64,000 nt of DNA from Dehalococcoidales bacterium (lineage in GTDB: Bacteria > Chloroflexota > Dehalococcoidia > Dehalococcoidales > RBG-16-60-22). Each line of letters opens with the position of its first letter. The stretch's first letter is position 1. Both the position numbers and the translations under genes were made by a program. The stretch lies in assembly GCA_050014355.1 (NCBI GenBank), contig JBEKDL010000006.1, positions 1,543-65,542 on the forward strand, given 5' to 3'. The notes below the pieces were generated by a model. The model was given only the letters and a program-made list of their open reading frames with translations, ran no database searches and was not told the origin of the DNA. Positions 7,064 through 14,436 of this stretch are shown here, one piece after another.

Positions 7064-9160
7064 ATGCAGAGAGAGAGAAGTCTGTCGGACTTCTGGCGGG
7101 AAGACAAGTCGGATGACAGGGTGATGGAACTCACCTCCGTCCTGCGTGGGGCTGACAGCCTCATCGGGGTCATGGGGTCTGGCGTCCGTACCGTGTGGTC
7201 AACCGATGGCTCTTCGTCAACCGTGTGGCTGAGGATGATACAGAGTAAGGCCACGGAAACCCGGGTTTTCCTGGACTACTCGCCGCTGGCCGACCTGAGG
7301 CCTCCCTTCGGTGGGCAGGCCGTCGATGAGGTCATAGGATACGCCGCCCATGAGGGCGGACATTGCCTGTGGAGCGCCGAGGACACCAAGACCTATGTGG
7401 ACAATGCCCTGAAAGGGCGCATCATGCCCACGACCAGAGCGACCCGTCCCCACGATGACAAGAACCGCTATTGCCCGTGTCCCGTGTGCGAGATTCTCAG
7501 GATAGACAATATTCTGGAAGATGCCTTCATCGACTACCACGTAGCGGAAAAGTGGCCGGTCCTGGGAGAGTACATCCGCTGGGCCAGATACAAGATAGCG
7601 GATAGACGCCCCATCGACTACGACCAGATAGCCCGGGAAGCGCGTCCGGGGAGGAACTGTATTGTGAACCTCTGGATAGCTTGTTCGCTGTATGACAAGC
7701 CTCTCCCGGACAAGATGAGTGCTAGGGTCAAGCGGGCGATGACTTTCCTGATGAGCAAATCGGTTCAGGCCGTCCAGACGCCGGTAAGCCAACAGCGGGC
7801 TAAATTCGCCGTGGAGTGCTGGGAATACCTGAATAAGGAGTTTACGGCCAACGAAGAGCCGCTTCCCAGACAGCCACCGCCTGCTTTGCCACAGACCGGT
7901 ATCCCTGGCGTCGGCCAGGCGGGAGGTCAGGGCGAAGGGGAAGGCAAAGGTGGCGGCGGAGGATCATCCACCGGCCAAGACAATGTCCCGAAAGAGACCA
8001 AGCCTGAGGGAAGCTCCGAAGAAACGGACACCGGCAAGGACAATGTCCCAGAAAAGGGCAAGGCCGAGGGTGAGGGTGAAGAAGCCGAGGCTGGCGAGCC
8101 TGAAGGCGACGAGGGTGAAGGCGATGGAGAGGGGGACGTAGGGGGTGAGGGTTCATCTGATAAAGATGACGAGGCCGAGCCGGAGGCAGAGGCCGAAGCT
8201 GGCGAGCCGAAGGCCGAGGGGCAGAAGCAGGCAGGCGGACAGCAGGGCGGCGATGAGCAGGGAGCTCCCGGGAACCTGGATGATTTCGACATTCGGGAAC
8301 TCGGAGAAGTACCTGAAAAGGTTATCAAGGAAGTGCTGGACGCCATCGCCCACGAACTGGAAGACCTCTCCCAGTCGGTAGCCGAGGTTATCAACCAGCC
8401 GGTCGGGAGGGTTAACGCCCAGACCAAGATTGCGGATTACGATGGCCCCGCAGCGGACAGAGTCCATGCTCAAGTAGAGCCACAAATACAGGAGATGCGG
8501 AGGGTGTTCGACAGGCAGGCGCAGGTCAAGTCCCGCCAAATCAAGGGGCTGACCACCGGGAAACTCGACAGCCGTTCCCTTGCCAGAGTAGGCACGGGAA
8601 GCCTGAGGGTTTACAAGAGGCGGGAGGTGCTGGACACTCCCGATATCGCCGTAGGTTTCCTGGGCGATGCGTCGGGGTCGATGGCACGCAACATGGATAT
8701 CCTCTACGCTTCGGCCTGTGTCTTTGCGGAGGCGCTGATACGGAAGAAGGGCGTGAATTTCCTGGGACTCGTCTACACAGGCGGTAGCTTCGATGTCCAG
8801 ACGACACGAATATGCGACCGTGCGATGGGTCGGCTCTGTATCGGGAATGTGGACCAGGGCGGAGGCACTCCGTCCGGGCCGGCGATAGCTTCTATCAAGG
8901 TGCTGATGGACAGAAAGCCGGAGAGACAAAAGGTCATTATCCACTTCACCGATGGCTACCCCGATGACCAGTACAGCGTGATTTCCGCGGTCAAGGCGGC
9001 CCGGAAAGCGGGCTACGCTGTGTGGGCGATAGGTTTGGGGGGGATGGACAAAGCCCTCGAAGCGCAGTACGGCACTGGCAACTGGGAAACCATCGGCAAT
9101 ATCCGGGAGCTGCCGGCGAAGGTTGGCGAGCTGGTGAAGAAGCTGGTGATTGCGAGATAG
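7064..9160 (+). CDS. CobT-like VWA-domain protein with HExxH motif and acidic low-complexity linker
   Basis: RBS AAAGGAGGG. HEGGH at 7349-7363. Roughly 130-aa G/E/D-rich linker. C-terminal VWA with MIDAS-like DASGSM and ...FTDGYPDD. Confidence 0.8.
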   Translation: MQRERSLSDFWREDKSDDRVMELTSVLRGADSLIGVMGSGVRTVWSTDGSSSTVWLRMIQSKATETRVFLDYSPLADLRPPFGGQAVDEVIGYAAHEGGHCLWSAEDTKTYVDNALKGRIMPTTRATRPHDDKNRYCPCPVCEILRIDNILEDAFIDYHVAEKWPVLGEYIRWARYKIADRRPIDYDQIAREARPGRNCIVNLWIACSLYDKPLPDKMSARVKRAMTFLMSKSVQAVQTPVSQQRAKFAVECWEYLNKEFTANEEPLPRQPPPALPQTGIPGVGQAGGQGEGEGKGGGGGSSTGQDNVPKETKPEGSSEETDTGKDNVPEKGKAEGEGEEAEAGEPEGDEGEGDGEGDVGGEGSSDKDDEAEPEAEAEAGEPKAEGQKQAGGQQGGDEQGAPGNLDDFDIRELGEVPEKVIKEVLDAIAHELEDLSQSVAEVINQPVGRVNAQTKIADYDGPAADRVHAQVEPQIQEMRRVFDRQAQVKSRQIKGLTTGKLDSRSLARVGTGSLRVYKRREVLDTPDIAVGFLGDASGSMARNMDILYASACVFAEALIRKKGVNFLGLVYTGGSFDVQTTRICDRAMGRLCIGNVDQGGGTPSGPAIASIKVLMDRKPERQKVIIHFTDGYPDDQYSVISAVKAARKAGYAVWAIGLGGMDKALEAQYGTGNWETIGNIRELPAKVGELVKKLVIAR

Positions 9161-9283
9161 CTTGCACCTCCCGCAAGGGAGGGTTCGTAGTGTTGGTCAT
9201 TTGACCCTCGGGAGGGGAGACAAAACCTCCCCTCTCGCAGTCGAGTGACGAACACTCGGAATATTTCTGAAAGGGGGATAACT

Positions 9284-9478
9284 ATGGCGCAGTACACGAA
9301 ACAGGAGGCGGTCGAGGTCTTGAAGGTCGGCAAGGCTTCGATGGAGGTCGCCAAGACCAAGGATGAGGCTATCGCCATCCTGACAGAAGTGGGCAAAGAG
9401 GTCGGATATAAGCCCACTTTCCGCTGTCTGGTCTTGGGCCAGAATCCCGAACAGGCAATTACGTGGGGAGGTAATTAA
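9284..9478 (+). CDS. hypothetical small protein
   Basis: 64 aa from the ATG at 9284, directly after CTGAAAGGGGGATAAC. The track start at 9245 is GTG and lacks an RBS. Confidence 0.45.
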   Translation: MAQYTKQEAVEVLKVGKASMEVAKTKDEAIAILTEVGKEVGYKPTFRCLVLGQNPEQAITWGGN

Positions 9479-9479
9479 C

Positions 9480-9725
9480 ATGGGCGCAAATAAGCGAGAT
9501 TGGGAAGACAGGGTTATCGAGAAGTCCGAGGAACTGGCACAGGAACGCTACAACACGGATTTCAGCCAGCTTTCGCCACCGTTACAGATGAAAACCTGGC
9601 TGGATGCCGAGCATGAGGTCAACGACCAGATAGCCAGCGAAATGGATGCGCTCCGGGACAGAATACGTGAGCAGGGCATCGACCACTGGGCTGAGTTGGA
9701 GCTGGGCAGGAGACTCGGAAAATAA
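9480..9725 (+). CDS. hypothetical small acidic protein
   Basis: 81-aa ORF starting 1 nt after the upstream stop. Confidence 0.45.
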   Translation: MGANKRDWEDRVIEKSEELAQERYNTDFSQLSPPLQMKTWLDAEHEVNDQIASEMDALRDRIREQGIDHWAELELGRRLGK

Positions 9726-9917
9726 GTGCTCATCTCTCCACTCATGGGGCGTCAGGATAAGTTTTTTGTTAAAAAATCGCAAAAAACACGCTTGACGCCT
9801 CCCAGTGGGGCGATGAACCCCAAATAATCTGAAAGGGGGATAACCGACAGCAAGAGAGGTGGCAAAAGGTATCACAAGGTAACCCGGGAAATATTTTATG
9901 AAAGGAGAAACCAAACT

Positions 9918-10712
9918 ATGGCTCCAAGACCTACATGGAAAGGCGGGATGGGCTTCGGTATGGTCAACGTACCCGTGAAGCTCTTCACCGCCACGGACGA
10001 GAAAACTATCCACTTCAACAACATACACCGGGAGTGCAAGACGAAGCTGAACCAGCCGAAGGTCTGCCCTACCTGTAAGAAGGAAGTCGAGACCAAGGAC
10101 ATGGTGAAGGGCTACGAGGTCGGCGACAACCAGTGGGTGTTCCTGGAAGATTCCGATTTCGCCGCTGTCCGGCTAAAGTCGCTCAAGGCGATGGAAGTGC
10201 TGGAGTTCGTCGATGGCGCCGGGATAGATCCCCGACACTATGACCAGTCCTACTTCGTCGCCCCGGATGAGGCCGGCGCCAAAGCCTTCTCCCTCTTTCT
10301 TCAGGCTATGGCCAAGGTGAATATGGTGGGAGTCGTCAAGCTCACCTTCAAGACCAAGGAAAAGCTGGCGACCATCCGGGCTTTCGGCAAGGTCATTCTT
10401 CTCCAGACACTCTTCTACGCCGATGAACTGAAGCCGGCCCAGGATATCCAAGTCGCTCTGCCCGAGGTTTCCGAGCGAGAGTTGGAGATGGGCATGACCC
10501 TCATCAAGACACTGGCATCAGGCAAGGCGGATATGACCAAGTACCACGATAACTACCGGGAAGCCCTGATGAAGGTCATTCAGGCGAAGGTAGCGGGCGA
10601 AGTCATCACGGTGGAGGCGGTGCCCGAGGAGAAACCTATGGACCTGGTGGATGCTCTCATGGCTTCCATCAACGCCGAGCAGAAGAAGAAGGAAACGGCG
10701 GGGGTGGCCTAA
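9918..10712 (+). CDS. ku: Ku (NHEJ DNA-end-binding protein)
   Basis: N-terminus RPTWKGGMGFGMVNVPVKLFTATDEKTIHFNNIH...VCPTCKKEV...VKGYEV matches the bacterial Ku core. RBS GAAAGGAG. Confidence 0.9.
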   Translation: MAPRPTWKGGMGFGMVNVPVKLFTATDEKTIHFNNIHRECKTKLNQPKVCPTCKKEVETKDMVKGYEVGDNQWVFLEDSDFAAVRLKSLKAMEVLEFVDGAGIDPRHYDQSYFVAPDEAGAKAFSLFLQAMAKVNMVGVVKLTFKTKEKLATIRAFGKVILLQTLFYADELKPAQDIQVALPEVSERELEMGMTLIKTLASGKADMTKYHDNYREALMKVIQAKVAGEVITVEAVPEEKPMDLVDALMASINAEQKKKETAGVA

Positions 10713-11665
10713 TGGAAGCCGTGAAACCCATGCTGGCGGAAACAGCGACGGAAGCATTTGATGACCCTAACTACATTTACGAATGGAAATACAACGGAGT
10801 AAGGATTATCGGTCGCAAGCAGGGCGGGTCGGCCTCACTTCAAGGACGGAGTGGGGCCGACTTCACGTCACAGTTCCCGGAACTGGCTGACCTGGCCAAG
10901 TATATCAATGCGTCCAGCGCGGATATCGATGGGGAGGTGGTCTGTCTCGGAGAGAACGGCCTGCCCGACTTCAACCGCATCCAGAACCGCATCGGGAAGC
11001 GAGAGCCGCTGGTCATCCAGAACATGGCCAGGCAGTATCCAGCCACGTTCATGGTCTTTGACGTGACCGCGGTGGAGGACTACGACCTGACGGCCGGTGG
11101 GAAAGCTCAGGCTACCCTGATGCAGCGCAAGGAGCTCCTCCAGAAGATTCTTGTTCCGGACGGAGTGGTCAAGCTGTCTCCCTGGGTTGACGGCAAAGGC
11201 AAGGAACTGCACCAGAAGGCCGTCGACCTCAATCAGGAAGGCATCATGGCCAAGACCAAGAACGGACTCTACTATCCCGGCGGCAGGAACAAGGACTGGC
11301 TGAAGCTCAAAGTCCCGAAGTACGCCAATTTCGTCATCTGCGGCTTTACGAAGGGGACTGGCTGGCGCCAGGACATGATGGGGGCAATCGTACTCGGGAA
11401 GCCCGAAAACGGCACGCTCCGATGGGTCGGGTGCGCTGGGTCGGGTTTCCAGCTCAAGGTGCTCCAGGACTTGTTTCAGGCTCTCCAGACTATCAGGACA
11501 GAAGATAGCCCGTTCCCGCCCGGGACGAAAGTGCCTGACCTGTTGAGCTGGGTCAGGCCGATGCTCGTGGCCTCCGTGAAGTATTACGACATCACGAAGA
11601 CGGGACAGCTCATCTGGCCCATCTTCCAGAGGGTAAGAACTGAATTAACACCGGAGGAGGTGTAA
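10712..11665 (+). CDS. ATP-dependent DNA ligase (LigD ligase-domain-like, stand-alone)
   Basis: Motif I EWKYNGVR, motif III FMVFDV, motif IV EGIMAK, motif V DWLKLK. The start overlaps the ku stop (TAATG). Confidence 0.9.
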   Translation: MEAVKPMLAETATEAFDDPNYIYEWKYNGVRIIGRKQGGSASLQGRSGADFTSQFPELADLAKYINASSADIDGEVVCLGENGLPDFNRIQNRIGKREPLVIQNMARQYPATFMVFDVTAVEDYDLTAGGKAQATLMQRKELLQKILVPDGVVKLSPWVDGKGKELHQKAVDLNQEGIMAKTKNGLYYPGGRNKDWLKLKVPKYANFVICGFTKGTGWRQDMMGAIVLGKPENGTLRWVGCAGSGFQLKVLQDLFQALQTIRTEDSPFPPGTKVPDLLSWVRPMLVASVKYYDITKTGQLIWPIFQRVRTELTPEEV

Positions 11666-11666
11666 T

Positions 11667-12062
11667 ATGGCAGACCAAAATGGTCGAATCAGGAAACGTC
11701 AGAGCTACCAGATGTGGCTCGGCCTTTCCAAGTTTCTCGATGGGAAGCTGAGCAAGCAGGAGATAATGATGCGTATGCACAGTCTCCTGAACGGCGCCAG
11801 CGCCTATGGCTCCATCACCAAGGCAGAGTACAGCAGGGAAAGCCTCGAGCTGGTCATGCAGGACATGGCTACGCCGGCAGGATTAAATGTCGAGGGGGCA
11901 GACGTAAAGGTCGGAGGGAGCTATTCCGGCGATGAGCTCATGGAGGCTCTCGGGGGAGATATGCACGACGGACTGTATGCCATTGGAAATGACAAGACCA
12001 TTGTCGTTGCCGAGGATGAAGGGAACGATAACTACAAGGTACTGTCCGTGCTGGCGAGGTGA
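11667..12062 (+). CDS. hypothetical protein
   Basis: 131-aa ORF starting 1 nt after the ligase stop. Confidence 0.5.
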   Translation: MADQNGRIRKRQSYQMWLGLSKFLDGKLSKQEIMMRMHSLLNGASAYGSITKAEYSRESLELVMQDMATPAGLNVEGADVKVGGSYSGDELMEALGGDMHDGLYAIGNDKTIVVAEDEGNDNYKVLSVLAR

Positions 12063-12089
12063 AGCTATGGCGATGAATAAGAGCTCCTG

Positions 12090-12866
12090 GTGACCGGCGG
12101 GCCAAGAGGGACTTATCGCAGTCGGACGACATCTACCTACAAGCTGAAGGACCCCGAGTTGGTGAGGGAGTGCTTGGAGAAGTTGTCTGTGATTAAGGAA
12201 GGCCAAGAAGAGGGAGAAATCCCGACTGACCTGTTTGACTTCATCCTCGGCCACGACCAGGTGAAAGACCTGCTCTGGAAGTCTATCAATGCAGAGAGAC
12301 CGGTGCATATCCTCTTGGTGGGTCCCCCAGCAACAGCAAAGAGTATGTTCCTTGGAGAGTTGGGCCGGCTGCCGTTTTCACGATTTGCCTTGGGAGGCAG
12401 CACAAGAAAGGGCGGATTGGAAGACTACCTGCTTGAGTTTCGCCCACGATATCTCATCATAGATGAAATTGACAAGATGGATATGCGGGACATGAGCGTG
12501 CTGCTGTCGCTGATGGAGAGCGGGGTCGTGGCCAGGTTGAAGAAGCGTATGAGGGAGACGGAGATAATGACGACATGGGTATTGGGAGGTGCGAATAGGG
12601 ATGAGCATATCTGGCCCGAGCTGAAGAGTCGATTCTTCACCGTTCACCTGAAGGAGTACTCCGAGGCCGACTTCTTGCAGATATCCGAGACAGTACTCAT
12701 CACTCGTGAGAAGGTTGACCCGGGACTCGCCACTTTTATAGCCGCGAACCTGGCTCGACATACTCGAGACGTGCGTGAGGCTATCCATTTTGGGAGACTA
12801 TGTAAGACTGAGGAAGATGTGAAAGGCCTTCTTCAACTGAAGTTCCCTGGCAGGGGACTTTTCTAA
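12090..12866 (+). CDS. AAA+ ATPase (MCM/Mg-chelatase-like flavour)
   Basis: Walker A LLVGPPATAKS, Walker B YLIIDEIDKM, LLSLMESG segment. GTG start without a clear RBS, so the start is uncertain. Confidence 0.7.
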   Translation: MTGGPRGTYRSRTTSTYKLKDPELVRECLEKLSVIKEGQEEGEIPTDLFDFILGHDQVKDLLWKSINAERPVHILLVGPPATAKSMFLGELGRLPFSRFALGGSTRKGGLEDYLLEFRPRYLIIDEIDKMDMRDMSVLLSLMESGVVARLKKRMRETEIMTTWVLGGANRDEHIWPELKSRFFTVHLKEYSEADFLQISETVLITREKVDPGLATFIAANLARHTRDVREAIHFGRLCKTEEDVKGLLQLKFPGRGLF

Positions 12867-12894
12867 TTTCCCTATCGTTTATCATAGATGAAAA

Positions 12895-12929
12895 GGAGCC
12901 AGGACATAGAGCCTGGCCCCTTTTCTTTT
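12895..12929 (+). terminator. rho-independent terminator
   Basis: GCCAGG-acatagag-CCTGGC stem extended by GG/CC, followed by TTTTCTTTT. Confidence 0.55.
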
Positions 12930-13405
12930 GAATGGCTGTCTTTAGTGGAAGCCAACTTAGCTCCGACCTAAATGCAGCAGCAAAGAGGGTTGCAGTCTCT
13001 CCACGGACCATCTCCATATAACCTTCCGCGGCCACACTCACACTATCCACAAAGGAGATGTCCATGGACTGCCCATTGCCCAATTCTCTAATCTCATTTT
13101 CCAATACACTTTGTATCCCTGGTATAGTTCCATTGTGGACATCGTTTAGTGTTAGTCTGTGGATAGCCAGCCCGAGCATTGAATGATAAAGCTAGGCCAG
13201 CACACATGGCGATGCGGGAAAGGAGACGAAGATACTTTCCTTTAGCGTTATCCACGAGCTTTCCTCTACTTTTATAAAATCCCAGGTGGTAAGAGTTCAT
13301 CGTATCCAGCCACAAGAGGGGGGACCCCCTTATTCCCTTTACTATTAGATGACAATTGAGCCTCCATGTCCTTCTATGTCCTTTGATTTTCATCCTCGTT
13401 AACAC
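12930..13405 (-). pseudogene. possible decayed tyrosine-recombinase fragment (two overlapping frames)
   Basis: Strong RBS GGGAGGTG before MKIKGH... The two frames join to read ...KYLRLLSRIAMCAGLA / GLAIHRLTLNDVHNGTI, resembling the xxTGLRxSELxxLxxxDV box. No HxxR or Tyr region follows. Confidence 0.25.
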
Positions 13406-13625
13406 CTCCCTTTTCCCTATTGGGATGCGTATAACGCCAATTAAACGCTTAGTATTTCAGCCTGATTTCCTCCCCTAACTTCTCCTCTGAAACATCGCCC
13501 TGGGTCATCAGCAACCAGAGCCTCTTCAGCGATTCTTGGTCGATTATCACACTAGTGCTGGTGAAAGTGGTGCCGCAACTTCCTCAAGGAGGTGTCCGAT
13601 GCTTCCCCAGGAATCTAATTTACGT

Positions 13626-13800
13626 CCTCGGGATACTTCCGGGGATTATTCCCCGAGGAAACGTTGAAGCTGAGGTCGGGGACACTTCGGGGAAATCGTT
13701 GAAGCTAAAGCGGGGAACAGTCGGGGAAAGCCAGGGATGCTTCGGGGAAACTGTTGAAGCTAAAGCGGGTAGTTTTCGAGGAAAGCCTATAGATGTCGTC
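13626..13800. repeat. iteron-like repeat field
   Basis: About 10 copies of a CGGGGAA-like core. Three 24-26-nt units GGAAAnnGTTGAAGCTrArGyGGG at about 13657, 13691 and 13746. Palindrome CGGGGA-ttat-TCCCCG at 13640-13655. Confidence 0.6.
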
Positions 13801-13926
13801 GTATTTATTTGGGGAATCATGGTTGACAGTTATGGAAACATTGTTGTGTAGAACAGCGTGCAATTCCCAAAACACTTATGAAAATATAGGAAATATACTA
13901 AACTTCGCTTAAAGATATATTGCACC

Positions 13927-14121
13927 TCAAACCGTGAGGTTGGTATCTGCCCTCTTTTGCTCCCTCTGAATCTTCTCCAGTATGGCCTCTTCCAGCCACT
14001 TTCCCATTGTCATCCTCTTAATAACGGCAGCTACCCGGGCTTGGTGGAGAATATCAGGATCAACCCTAACACTGGTGTTCGGTTTCATTCCAGTCCTAGG
14101 TCTACCTGTACGCTTTTTCAT
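13927..14121 (-). CDS. ribbon-helix-helix (CopG/Arc-type) DNA-binding protein
   Basis: 64 aa. Basic N-terminus KKRTGRPR, then TSVRVDPDILHQARVAAVIKRMTMGKWLEEAILEKI (beta-strand plus two helices). Confidence 0.65.
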   Translation of the reverse strand: MKKRTGRPRTGMKPNTSVRVDPDILHQARVAAVIKRMTMGKWLEEAILEKIQREQKRADTNLTV

Positions 14122-14227
14122 GAGTTTATTGTAATGTCTGTAATACTAAATGTCAAATTAGGGCTATCCTGGCTGAAATATCTGATGTGGCCTCAGACGT
14201 CTTCGGTGACTGCCCATAGCTGCAAAT

Positions 14228-14260
14228 CGGCCACCCTTATGGAGCAAACCGGCCACCCTT
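14228..14260. promoter_or_regulatory. tandem direct repeat upstream of the RHH gene (candidate operator)
   Basis: CGGCCACCCTT at 14228-14238 and 14250-14260. The 22-nt period is about two helical turns. Confidence 0.3.
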
Positions 14261-14436
14261 GGAGAGGTTACCCATACGCAAGACAAAAGAGGTCCCGCGC
14301 TTAAAGAATGGTATCTTGCCAGCTTTGTTTATAACAGACTGTTCCGAGAAGAAGGTAAGATGTGTTTGGTACGGGAAGTAGCTACCGAGTAAAAGCCAAC
14401 CTGGATTATAAACAGCCTACGGCGCGTCCATGATTG

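Larger units (their letters stand above)
4753..13450 (+). mobile_element. putative integrated element carrying NHEJ (Ku+ligase) and AAA+/VWA genes
   Basis: AATTAAACGCTT occurs at 4753-4764 and 13439-13450. All 11 ORFs between are co-directional and tightly packed. A decayed recombinase-like ORF abuts the right repeat. No capsid or terminase genes. Confidence 0.4.

Noticed and set aside
9170-9240. Two GC-rich hairpins after the VWA gene (CCTCCC-gcaa-GGGAGG and GAGGGGAG-acaaaac-CTCCCCTC), considered as terminators.
   Set aside because: Neither is followed by a T tract and the next gene follows closely. They may be RNA-stability or attenuator elements, but calling them terminators is not justified.
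9792-9830. Second promoter upstream of ku, based on ACGCTTGACG.
   Set aside because: No acceptable -10 hexamer lies 16-19 nt downstream of TTGACG; the nearest AT-rich hexamers are about 27 nt away. It is kept only as a shared 9-mer observation.
13555-13851. 98-aa plus-strand ORF, and a 66-aa minus ORF, across the repeat field.
   Set aside because: The peptide merely echoes the DNA repeats (GE..VEAK.G units). There is no RBS. Both strands are open, as expected for a repeat-driven artefact.
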